Under the pieces are notes generated by a model. The model was not told where the DNA came from. It made no database searches and saw only the letters and a program-made list of their open reading frames with translations. Positions 9,586 through 17,460 of a DNA stretch of 64,000 nt are shown piece by piece (the first letter of the stretch is position 1; each line of letters begins with the position of its first letter). The stretch is from a virus. The DNA lies in IMG/VR virus record IMGVR_UViG_3300037088_000361, positions 1 through 64,000 of that record. The stretch is one strand, 5' to 3'. A program made the position numbers and the translations under genes.

Positions 9586-9597
9586 TATAGTATACAC
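9586..9597 (-). promoter_or_regulatory. Recurrent promoter element GTGTATACTATA
   Basis: Identical to the copies at 2053 and 7813. Confidence 0.6.
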
Positions 9598-9612
9598 TGG
9601 ACGGGGGGGAAA

Positions 9613-10032
9613 TCAGGGATATTTTTTAAGGCGGGAGAGCGCCCAAGCAACAGCGACAATAAGCCCGCCTGGGGCAAGCAGCAGGGCGACGATAGTCAGG
9701 GCTTTGCCTATATTTTTCTTCATCTGAAAACCAAACGGGGCGGAGCCGGGTAGCGTTAAATTCATCCCTCCGTCATACCCAAACCAAGTATGATGTTGGA
9801 ACATAGCTTCAATCTCAGCCCAATCAGCGTCCTGCTTACTTAAAAATGGTCCAGAAAATACCTCTGGTTGAGGCAAGGGGATTCCAGGAAACAGCCTCTT
9901 AAACCTAAGTCCAAACCCCTCGTTACGATACCGATGCTCCTTATCCCTGCGCTTTCCTTTTCTTGTTTGCCCAACATAAATCCACTTATCAGAAAGAGTT
10001 GGATGAGAGTAACGATAAAGAATAATGGCCAT
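9613..10032 (-). CDS. GIY-YIG-like nuclease domain fused to a C-terminal transmembrane helix
   Basis: ILYRY...WIYVGQT...E...GGMNLTLPG, then ALTIVALLLAPGGLIVAVAWAL. Confidence 0.55.
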   Translation of the reverse strand: MAIILYRYSHPTLSDKWIYVGQTRKGKRRDKEHRYRNEGFGLRFKRLFPGIPLPQPEVFSGPFLSKQDADWAEIEAMFQHHTWFGYDGGMNLTLPGSAPFGFQMKKNIGKALTIVALLLAPGGLIVAVAWALSRLKKYP

Positions 10033-10049
10033 AAAAGTTAACCAAGCAT

Positions 10050-10106
10050 TAAGGTATCGTATATTGGACGTTAACCGAGATAAGGTATCATAGAATGGAC
10101 GTTAAC
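10050..10106. repeat. Imperfect 26-bp direct repeat x2 (31-bp period)
   Basis: taaggtatcgtatattggacgttaac / taaggtatcatagaatggacgttaac. Confidence 0.8.
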
Positions 10107-10108
10107 TT

Positions 10109-10184
10109 TGGTTCCCGAGGGAGGACTCGAACCTCTCATCTTCACTTTCAAAGAGTGACGTGGCTACCGTTGCACCACTCGGGA
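10109..10184 (-). tRNA. tRNA-Gln(TTG)
   Basis: TCCCGAG/CTCGGGA acceptor, TCACT-CT-TTG-AA-AGTGA anticodon arm, TTCGAGT T-loop, encoded CCA. Confidence 0.9.
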
Positions 10185-10191
10185 ACAATAT

Positions 10192-10264
10192 TGGCTCGGG
10201 AGGAAGGATTCAAACCCTCGTACAGGGGTCCAACCCCCCGGTCCTATCACTAGACGACTCCCGA
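10192..10264 (-). tRNA. Atypical/degenerate tRNA with Gln-like body, anticodon unclear (TTG or TGG)
   Basis: TCGGGAG/CTCCCGA acceptor, G73, CCA; T-arm GAGGG-TTTGAAT-CCTTC; anticodon arm CGGGGGGTTGGACCCCTG gives no clean 5-bp stem with 7-nt loop. Confidence 0.6.
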
Positions 10265-10450
10265 ACAACCTAAATCTTCATTGCTAAATACACTATTTTT
10301 GATGCGTTTTTCAACTATAAAACAAACCCATTACTCGGTTCATTAGGTTAAAACAAAAAATGGTGTCTCACACCTAGTACACTGGGTGAAACGCTTTTAA
10401 CACCTCACTAGCATAAAATAGATATGCAGTTCAATACTAGGAGGCAACTA

Positions 10451-11176
10451 ATGAAGGCATCACCAAAACTTATGGTCGCCATAATGCGTTCTGCTGCGGT
10501 AAACAAACAAAGAGCTATAGATGGCTACTTGTCCAACCCCAACCACTGTGAATTTTGTAGGGCTGTCATACCTCTAAAGCCAAACGCTACAAGGACTGTA
10601 TCGACCGCCCGCAGGCAGAAGTATTGCAATCATTCATGTGCAGCATCCGCCATTAACGCCAAGTATCATAAACGTAAACTAGAGGGTTCCTGCACCAAGT
10701 GCTCCGCACCTTGCCCAACTAACTACCAACACTGCAAAGACTGCATAGATAGGTACACTAAATCTAGCAGCGATATAAAAGGTCATAGTGAAGGCGGCAA
10801 GTCTCGCGGGACAACAGCGGTTATCAGCTATGTGTCCTATATTGAAAGCTGGCTAACCGGTGGTAAGTCGGGCATGAGTGGTACAACTAACATATCACGC
10901 CATATTAAACGCTGGTTACGCACCACACGTGGCAATGCCTGTGAGCATTGCGGTTGGTGCATGGTCAATCCAGTTACTAGAAGAGTTCCAGTAGAAGTCA
11001 ACCACATTGACGGCAACCATCAGAACTGCTGCCCAGAGAACTTAGAACTTATTTGCCCAAATTGCCACTCCCTGACATCAAACTTTCGTGCTTTGAACAA
11101 GGGCAATGGTAGAAAATCACGTCGTATTGGAGCAGGCGGTGAGAATCCAACTCACATACCTATTTTACAAGAATAG
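10451..11176 (+). CDS. HNH homing endonuclease, antisense to the tRNA cluster
   Basis: AGGAGG RBS; CEHCG...VEVNHIDGNHQNCCPENLELICPNCHS; N-terminal Zn fingers. Confidence 0.88.
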   Translation: MKASPKLMVAIMRSAAVNKQRAIDGYLSNPNHCEFCRAVIPLKPNATRTVSTARRQKYCNHSCAASAINAKYHKRKLEGSCTKCSAPCPTNYQHCKDCIDRYTKSSSDIKGHSEGGKSRGTTAVISYVSYIESWLTGGKSGMSGTTNISRHIKRWLRTTRGNACEHCGWCMVNPVTRRVPVEVNHIDGNHQNCCPENLELICPNCHSLTSNFRALNKGNGRKSRRIGAGGENPTHIPILQE

Positions 11177-11203
11177 GGTAATTGAGCATTATACGACGCC
11201 TGC
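11128..11203 (-). tRNA. tRNA-Thr(TGT), non-canonical elbow
   Basis: GCAGGCG/CGCCTGC acceptor; CTATT-CT-TGT-AA-AATAG; T-arm GTGAG-TTGGATT-CTCAC; CCA. Confidence 0.85.
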
Positions 11204-11209
11204 AAAATC

Positions 11210-11284
<75 letters not shown>

Positions 11285-11289
11285 AAAAA

Positions 11290-11365
11290 TGGAGCTGCTG
11301 GGGAGGATTCAACTCCCGACCCTCGCATTACGGGTGCGATGCTCTGGCAACTGAGCTACAGCAGC
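11290..11365 (-). tRNA. tRNA-Thr(CGT), C33 and non-canonical elbow
   Basis: GCTGCTG/CAGCAGC acceptor; TCGCA-CC-CGT-AA-TGCGA; T-arm GGGAG-TTGAATC-CTCCC; CCA. Confidence 0.85.
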
Positions 11366-11966
11366 AAACTTGGTACGCCCGGAGGGATTCGGACCCGACC
11401 ATGACACCCCTATCGAGGGTGCATCCTGCCGTTAGATGACGGGCGCATAATCTCAATTCCTCATGAACCTCAAAATGACAGTTAGAACATAAGAGGTCAC
11501 ACTTATCAAGTTCTTTCTTTAGCCTTTCCCATGCCAACGACATCCTACCTGCGAGTGTGAACTCTTTCTTATTCGGGTCTAAATGATGAAACCCCAGAGC
11601 GTCTAAACACTTGCTATACCCACATCGCTGGCATTTACCGCCTCTGTACTCCAAGCACCGCTGTTTATTTTCGGTACGTTTTCTGTTAGCAAAACAAGAG
11701 TTACAGAAAGTCAACCCGTGACCTTTTTTCTTATCATAAATATAAATCCTTGAACAACGAGAGCAACTTATCTTGGGCATCTCCATCGTTCTGGCCACTG
11801 CAACCGTTACTATCTGCCCATCTTTTGTCTGCTTCAACTCCTTTGTGTTATGAGAACCGAAGGGAGAGCATTTAAGACAGTATTTACGATGTTGAAGGTT
11901 CTTTTGTTTACCGTCTACCCACATTTTATATGGTATTCTGGAATTGCATAACTCACAATTTCTCAT
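11328..11966 (-). CDS. HNH homing endonuclease; 3' end runs into tRNA genes
   Basis: GGKCQRCGY...ALGFHHLDP...ELDKCDLLCSNCHFEVH. Confidence 0.88.
   Translation of the reverse strand: MRNCELCNSRIPYKMWVDGKQKNLQHRKYCLKCSPFGSHNTKELKQTKDGQIVTVAVARTMEMPKISCSRCSRIYIYDKKKGHGLTFCNSCFANRKRTENKQRCLEYRGGKCQRCGYSKCLDALGFHHLDPNKKEFTLAGRMSLAWERLKKELDKCDLLCSNCHFEVHEELRLCARHLTAGCTLDRGVMVGSESLRAYQVCCCSSVARASHP
11371..11446 (-). tRNA. Atypical tRNA, anticodon GAT (Ile-like), weak T-stem
   Basis: GCGCCCG/CGGGCGT acceptor, A73, CCA; CACCC-TC-GAT-AG-GGGTG; only 3 good T-stem pairs. Confidence 0.6.
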
Positions 11967-12019
11967 ACTAGAGGGTTTGGTAGCTTAAAAAAAAATTAAA
12001 AAATTAACCTCCAGATGAG

Positions 12020-12382
12020 CTACCCGCCCACAATCCTCTTAATCTCTTCTTCCGCCTTCACCCGAAACAGGTCAAAGTGCTGCTCAAATCCGCAAGGTGG
12101 GGCAACCCAAGTTGGCATAATCTCTACGCCCTCTGGGACTGTGTCATAGTCCCTCTCCCTCGGTACCGCACCTATGTCCCTCACGATATGGACAACCGCC
12201 GCTTTAGCTCCCTCGGGTCCAAATAACTCCTGTGCCTTCCTTACCCCGTTGGTGTGGTGCCGATAATGCCTGTGGGCGGCTCCCTTCCTCCAGAACAGCC
12301 TGTCCATCCATCGGTTTACCGCTTCGTGCCGGTCACCAAGGATGGTCTTGCAGTCAAGGCAATGTTGTTCAAACTTGGCCAT
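12020..12382 (-). CDS. His-rich hypothetical protein (DUF6915-like), first gene after the attenuator
   Basis: H...W.D...HRHYRHH..G....LFG....HIVRDIG.VP pattern; AGGGGAG RBS directly after the terminator U-tract. Family assignment from memory. Confidence 0.65.
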   Translation of the reverse strand: MAKFEQHCLDCKTILGDRHEAVNRWMDRLFWRKGAAHRHYRHHTNGVRKAQELFGPEGAKAAVVHIVRDIGAVPRERDYDTVPEGVEIMPTWVAPPCGFEQHFDLFRVKAEEEIKRIVGG

Positions 12383-12391
12383 AACTCCCCT

Positions 12392-12422
12392 AAAAAACGA
12401 AAAAGCCGCCTTTCTGGCGGCT
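12392..12422 (-). terminator. Intrinsic terminator (attenuator 3:4 hairpin)
   Basis: AGCCGCC-AGAAA-GGCGGCT followed by TTTTCGTTTTTT. Confidence 0.9.
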
Positions 12423-12445
12423 GGAGAGTCTCAACTCGGATTTTA

Positions 12446-12520
12446 TTATCCCGAGCAGGCTCCGCCGCCAGCCCAAATTTGGGTCTGCGTTTGTGTGTGC
12501 GGCATGGTGATGTTCATCAT
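12446..12520 (-). CDS. Attenuator leader peptide MMNITMPHTQTQTQIWAGGGACSG
   Basis: Manual translation; tandem TAA TAA stops; run ACA CAA ACG CAG ACC CAA; too short for the ORF track. Confidence 0.8.
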   Translation of the reverse strand: MMNITMPHTQTQTQIWAGGGACSG

Positions 12521-12708
12521 ATTCAGTCTCTAGCGGGGGCAGTCGCTAAGCGTCCACCCCCGTTGATTTTTGACCCATGTTCTTGCCATCCTTGGGGAGT
12601 TCCCGAGGAGTTTACAGGTCAAGGGCTATAATGGGAGGGCGTCTCGGTGTTCCGTGAATCCCTCCCACTCATATAATACCTCCGATAGTCATATTTTTCG
12701 GAAATATT

Positions 12709-13296
12709 TTACACGCCACGCCGGAAAAGCATGTGCGGAATGGTGGCCATAACCAAGAGGGCGTCGTAAGCCAAGCTCCTGTTGCGCCTGTACCACCTGT
12801 GCAGCTTTACCTCGAACCTCCTCCCCAGCCGGTTCACCTTTTCCCGGCCGCAAAGTTGTGAAAGACCCGTCAGCCCCGGCATCATGTCCAAGGACTCCGT
12901 ATATCCAGGAATCCGCATGGCAAGGTGCTGGGCAAGGTTGAATTCCTCGGGGCGGGGACCAACGAGGCTCATGTCGCCTTTGAGGATGTTGAAAAGCTGC
13001 GGAAGCTCGTCCAAGTGGGTCGCCCGGAGGAACCTGCCGACCGAGGTGACTCTCGGGTCATCTCTGGTAACCAAATCAATGCTCTTGTTCGTCCCGACCT
13101 TCATGGTTCGGAACTTGTACATCGTGAACTCCCTTGCCTTCCATCCTATCCGTCTCTGCCGAAAGATGACGGAACCATCGGAGGTCAGCCATACGGCAAT
13201 GGATATGGCGATGAACAGCGGAAAGCTGAGAGCGAGGACGACAAGCGTCAGCGTTACATCAAACACCCGTTTGGTTTTGTAGTATATGGTGCTCAT
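12709..13296 (-). CDS. Bacterial sugar transferase (PglC/WcaJ C-terminal-type phosphoglycosyl transferase)
   Basis: KRVFD, one hydrophobic helix, [48 protein letters not shown]. Confidence 0.93.
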   Translation of the reverse strand: MSTIYYKTKRVFDVTLTLVVLALSFPLFIAISIAVWLTSDGSVIFRQRRIGWKAREFTMYKFRTMKVGTNKSIDLVTRDDPRVTSVGRFLRATHLDELPQLFNILKGDMSLVGPRPEEFNLAQHLAMRIPGYTESLDMMPGLTGLSQLCGREKVNRLGRRFEVKLHRWYRRNRSLAYDALLVMATIPHMLFRRGV

Positions 13297-13303
13297 AGTC
13301 TCT

Positions 13304-13609
13304 TTATGCATGGCTGCCGATGAGGACGAACCCGCCACCTGGCAGGACGATACGGTCAACGGAACAGCAGCCGAAGGGGGTGCCTTCTTTAGCCCACATT
13401 GGCCAGTAGTCGGTGTTCTCCGAGGGGAACATGGCCAGCCAGTCCTCATCCCCCCCGTTTATGGAAAGATTCTGTAGCTCCTCCGGGGCGTCGTGGAAGC
13501 GCCAGATGAGTATAGGACGATACTTACCCCGCATATCCAAAGGATGGGTCGGGTTCCAACGAGAATAGTCAACCTGCTCTATAACGGGTGTTTGTGTATT
13601 ATTGTTCAT
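13304..13609 (-). CDS. Hypothetical phage protein
   Basis: IWRFHDAPEEL..LS.NGGDEDW; co-oriented and tightly packed. Confidence 0.65.
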   Translation of the reverse strand: MNNNTQTPVIEQVDYSRWNPTHPLDMRGKYRPILIWRFHDAPEELQNLSINGGDEDWLAMFPSENTDYWPMWAKEGTPFGCCSVDRIVLPGGGFVLIGSHA

Positions 13610-13790
13610 ATCAGGGAATACTAAGATTTACGAGGATTTACGAGACTTGGATGGGGGCTCGGCGAAGAAGAGGACTGCCGAGGAGAAGGCCTTGGTCGTT
13701 TCTCCTCGAAGAGTGAATCGCTTGCACCTGGTTAGTATAACACATCCTTGGGGGCAAGACACGCAATCCGTTGAATTTACCGTCAGAACA

Positions 13791-13822
13791 CAAAAGCCCA
13801 TTGTAGTCACCAATGGGCTTTG
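13791..13822 (-). terminator. Intrinsic terminator after the 651-aa gene
   Basis: AAAGCCCATTG-GTGACTA-CAATGGGCTTT followed by TGTGTT on the minus strand. Confidence 0.7.
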
Positions 13823-13842
13823 TAATCAACAAATATAGAATC

Positions 13843-15798
13843 TTACTGATGCCAGAACATAGTAGGGTAATCCAACGCTTCATTCAGAGGAGCCGACCCA
13901 TGCAATGGTACTGTTGGGTCTAACCCCCAATCTACGGACCCGCCTCCCCTTAGGAATGTTTGAGTAGCTGCGTATTCTGTATCGTGTTCATCCTGGTACC
14001 CTTGCATTTGGACATTGACAGATGCATCATATGCCGCTTGCGCAGTTGCTTGCGCAGTTGCTTGCGAAGCTGCCTGAGCCGCCAGACTGGCCGTACCAGC
14101 CGCCACCACCGCTGCTTGGTTTAGCGTTGGAGGAGGGAGCGCAGTAGAGTCACTTGTGGTAATAGTGGGATATAGAGATGGGTCGATTTGGCTTGACATA
14201 GGAAGGTCAACAACACCAGCATCGTAAGGTGTACCCCCTGATTGTCCAAGTAATCCAGAACCAGAAGGAGAGTCTTGGTAAGTAGTACTAGGTTGTGTGA
14301 AAGCCCAATCTGATGGAACACCACCATAATTAAACGGTCCGCTATCATCCACAACTGATGCTGTTCCTGACACATTGATGTTCTGAACAGTGTTTGTAGG
14401 CTGCCCACCTTGTGCTACAAAAAGACCAGCATTTATGTATTCTTGTAGTGGTTTAGGGTTATCAGGCTCCCACAATGAGATGTTGGACATCCCAGATGGG
14501 GCTTTCCCTGGATTCCAAAAGATATTGTTGGAATCGGCTGACCCTCCGAAAGCTATAGGGTCTATGCCAGCAGCGGAACCACCCATGAAAGCACCAGTAG
14601 GGGCTAACTGCGGGATTTTGGTTCCAGTCAAAATAGACAATGGAGACCAATCCCATGTCACTGTAGGATTTGATGCAAGAGCCTCACCAGTGGAAACAAT
14701 ACCGAAATCTTGGTTTGAAACAGAGATTCTAGAAGGAGCTGACGCAGATGCCCAAGTTGGTGGTGGGGGCAGACTACCAGTGGTGGCGAAAGTGATTAAA
14801 TCACTTACGCCTTGGTAACCGGGGCTCTGTTGAAGAATACTATCACCCATATATTTCAGAATATTAGTAAAAGAGCCCCAAGTACTCGTTAGTGAGTTTT
14901 GCTGTGATATAACATTCGCCCCACCAACAGCAAACACACCTATGCCCAGAGCACCACCATACAGGGATGCATCTATAGCACTCCACCCATTCCCAGGCAA
15001 AGCTTCGAAGGTAATACCGCTAGCCTCATCCTGTATTCCGGCTGGTGTATAATCCTGAAACGTTTGACTTTCCCAAAATTGGACAACGCTTAGGTCAGTA
15101 GGTGCTAGGGGGCGAAGTTTGGCATACATCCCGGATTCAAAGTCTGGTAAGCTAGGATTACTTAATATACGCGTACCAGTTCCCATATCATCGGGGGCAA
15201 AAGTAAGCGTACCAGTTCCCACATCAGCGCTTGCCAGGTTAAGACTGTAACTATCTTGGGCACCGAGCTGCTCCCAACACCCTGTGAAGGGAGTGACCAT
15301 GTACCCATCTTCTTCGACCCAAAGACGCGTCAATATGTCTAGGAGACCCTCATCCGTGGGGGGCACCCTCGCAAGTAGGCTGCTAGGAGCACCGATGCTT
15401 TCCGATGCATAAATACCGGACCTATTGGGCATAACAGGACCAGTGTAGGGGTTTGCTGCCCCATAATCAGCCGCACTTTGCAAGTTTGCAGCAGAAAGGG
15501 AGTCGAGTGCGGCTGCTTCGGCTTGTGCAACGACGGCAGCATCGGCAGCTTTAGTATTTAAGTCATTTATCCATGCGTCAAAACTTGGCTGTCCGCTGGC
15601 TTGGAGGGCGTGGAATTGGTCTGGAGTTAAATCATATGCCTTCCCACTAAGACTTGTCACCGAATATGTGTGGTTTAGTATATTATAAATCCCCGAAACG
15701 GGCTGAGTAGCGACCTGCGAAGAAACATAGTTCCACGCATTACTAACCCAACCACCAATCACACCAGTACCTTGAAATGGTATTCTCCATCCAGGCAT
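13843..15798 (-). CDS. 651-aa acidic Ser/Gly/Ala-rich protein, possibly virion-associated
   Basis: GAGGAG RBS; composition resembles the structural proteins; no recognisable domain. Confidence 0.7.
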   Translation of the reverse strand: MPGWRIPFQGTGVIGGWVSNAWNYVSSQVATQPVSGIYNILNHTYSVTSLSGKAYDLTPDQFHALQASGQPSFDAWINDLNTKAADAAVVAQAEAAALDSLSAANLQSAADYGAANPYTGPVMPNRSGIYASESIGAPSSLLARVPPTDEGLLDILTRLWVEEDGYMVTPFTGCWEQLGAQDSYSLNLASADVGTGTLTFAPDDMGTGTRILSNPSLPDFESGMYAKLRPLAPTDLSVVQFWESQTFQDYTPAGIQDEASGITFEALPGNGWSAIDASLYGGALGIGVFAVGGANVISQQNSLTSTWGSFTNILKYMGDSILQQSPGYQGVSDLITFATTGSLPPPPTWASASAPSRISVSNQDFGIVSTGEALASNPTVTWDWSPLSILTGTKIPQLAPTGAFMGGSAAGIDPIAFGGSADSNNIFWNPGKAPSGMSNISLWEPDNPKPLQEYINAGLFVAQGGQPTNTVQNINVSGTASVVDDSGPFNYGGVPSDWAFTQPSTTYQDSPSGSGLLGQSGGTPYDAGVVDLPMSSQIDPSLYPTITTSDSTALPPPTLNQAAVVAAGTASLAAQAASQATAQATAQAAYDASVNVQMQGYQDEHDTEYAATQTFLRGGGSVDWGLDPTVPLHGSAPLNEALDYPTMFWHQ

Positions 15799-15845
15799 AG
15801 CATTACTCCTCTACTTCCCCCGTTACCCAACAATGCCACTTTGAA

Positions 15846-16355
15846 CTAGTTCTCCGTCACGAACACAGTCATGACAAACGGTCCGCTTATACATCCCCCG
15901 GCCACGTAGATATCCAAGCTGCCCTTGTCGTTGGCAGCCAAGTTCAGGGCGGTGATGTCCCCATCCTCAAACTCCGTTGCACCAACCGGGTTGCTGGCAT
16001 GAAGGAAGACCTCCTTGTCACTGACACCCATAGCTCCTGGGGTCAGCGCTCCAGTCTGGGAATAGCTAGCGGTAAACAAAGGGGTGGGCACGGGGTCGAG
16101 CGTCAGTGGAACCAGCACAGCGGGGGAAGATGCCGTCGTGACCACCGTCCCGCCTGAGGTACTTGTCTCAAAGCGCCTGACAACAAGAATGTATAAACCA
16201 TAAGTGTTGTTTACGTTGTTGTCTAGTTTTATGCCACGAATGCTCAGAGCCCTAGCCCCCGCCTTGATGGAAAAAAACGGAAGGTACAGAAAAGTAGTAA
16301 CACTTGTGGTGCTCCACGGAGTGGCCTGTTGCGAACGAATTGCGTATGTGTACAT
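15846..16355 (-). CDS. Paralog array member 6 (beta-rich, unknown function)
   Basis: MYTY...SIKAG.R...RGIK...LVVRR...LTLD...ANDKGSLDIYV...EN. Confidence 0.85.
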   Translation of the reverse strand: MYTYAIRSQQATPWSTTSVTTFLYLPFFSIKAGARALSIRGIKLDNNVNNTYGLYILVVRRFETSTSGGTVVTTASSPAVLVPLTLDPVPTPLFTASYSQTGALTPGAMGVSDKEVFLHASNPVGATEFEDGDITALNLAANDKGSLDIYVAGGCISGPFVMTVFVTEN

Positions 16356-16381
16356 ATCAACTTCCTCCTTATTTGGTCAGC

Positions 16382-16975
16382 TTACCGCCTACTACGGCCA
16401 CTGCTCTTGTAAGAACTTGTATTTCTCCCAGCAACGTCGAAATTTCTCCTGAAAGGGTTCTCCTCAACAAACAAGGTTAGAACTGTGGCAGTGCTTGCGG
16501 TAGGGGAAGCTATCTGTACGTCTACGCATCCGTGGTCATAGGCAGAAAGAGCCAGACCGTCGGCGCTTCCAAGCTCCCATTCCGTGCTTCCGATGTTTCC
16601 GCTGAGCGATATCAGCGTCTCCATGTCCGTGTGTGCCTTGACTATGGAGCCCCAAGACCCAGGACCATAGATGGTGAACAAAGGGGCTGCGGCGGTATCC
16701 AGCGTAAAGGGCAGCACGCTGGCAGAAGGGAGGGAGGTAACCCCCGGTTGATAAAGGTAGGCATTGCTTGAGGTTATGCTCATGCCACGACGGGTCAACA
16801 AAAGGTAGATTTGAGGTTGCCCGTAGACCCAGTCAACCTTAATGCCTCGTATTCGCACTGCCCTGCCGCCAGGAACCAAAGAAAGGACTGGAGCCCACAT
16901 AGTGGCAGCATTAGGCGGGTTGGCAAGTGCCGTGCCGGGTGAGGTAACCGATGTGCGTACAGCGTAAGTATACAT
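16382..16975 (-). CDS. Paralog array member 5
   Basis: MYTY start after GGAGG; GGRAVRIRGIK, LLTRR, FTLD, AYDHGCVDV, EENPFRR tail. Confidence 0.85.
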   Translation of the reverse strand: MYTYAVRTSVTSPGTALANPPNAATMWAPVLSLVPGGRAVRIRGIKVDWVYGQPQIYLLLTRRGMSITSSNAYLYQPGVTSLPSASVLPFTLDTAAAPLFTIYGPGSWGSIVKAHTDMETLISLSGNIGSTEWELGSADGLALSAYDHGCVDVQIASPTASTATVLTLFVEENPFRRNFDVAGRNTSSYKSSGRSRR

Positions 16976-16985
16976 ATTCCCTCCG

Positions 16986-17459
16986 TTAGTTCTCCACGAC
17001 AAATGCGTTAAAATTAAAACCCTGACTGACCTGCGAGGCAGCCACGTAGATATCCAAGCTACCTGGGTCGTTGGCCGGGAGAATCAGATTTCCGCCATCC
17101 ACCCATTCGGTCTGTCCTACACTACCGCCAGCCATCCGTAGCGCTTCAAAATCAGCAAGTGACCGTGTTACTGTAAGGGCACCGGAGGCCGACCAAATAG
17201 CACTGAACTGTGGGTTAGAAGTAGCGTCAGTTGTAAGGAACAAGGGCGGTACAGCAGCCCCGCCTGTGGTATAAGCACCCACCCGACGTACTACGATAAT
17301 ATAGTAGGCTACCGTAGCGTAGACGTAAATTGGAATCTTTAGACCCATTAAAGTAACGTCGTGGTTCCCTGCCTTAACAGAAAGGTGGGGTCCACTAAGC
17401 CAAGCATTTGCCGTGGCTGATGTTGAACCACCAGTGCAATAAAGGTTATATGTGTACAT
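16986..17459 (-). CDS. Paralog array member 4
   Basis: MYTY after GAGGAG; SVKAG, IVVRR, GQTEW, PANDPGSLDIYV, VVEN. Confidence 0.85.
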   Translation of the reverse strand: MYTYNLYCTGGSTSATANAWLSGPHLSVKAGNHDVTLMGLKIPIYVYATVAYYIIVVRRVGAYTTGGAAVPPLFLTTDATSNPQFSAIWSASGALTVTRSLADFEALRMAGGSVGQTEWVDGGNLILPANDPGSLDIYVAASQVSQGFNFNAFVVEN

Positions 17460-17460
17460 G

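Larger units (their letters stand above)
12392..12520 (-). promoter_or_regulatory. Ribosome-mediated transcription attenuator (Thr/Gln-sensing) upstream of the tRNA cluster
   Basis: Leader ORF, antiterminator CTGGCGGCGGAG (12460-12471) complementary to CTCCAGCCGCCAG (12414-12426), protector hairpin and terminator. Confidence 0.8.

Noticed and set aside
10050-10106. Mini-CRISPR array
   Set aside because: Two imperfect copies separated by only 5 nt; no spacer-length sequence and no cas genes.
10361-10404. Additional tRNA ending in ACACCA
   Set aside because: No T-loop or D-arm; better read as a hairpin plus U-tract.
12392-12690. T-box riboswitch as the explanation for the terminator
   Set aside because: No T-box consensus (AGGGTGGNACCGCG) before the terminator; the leader-peptide model explains the pairings.
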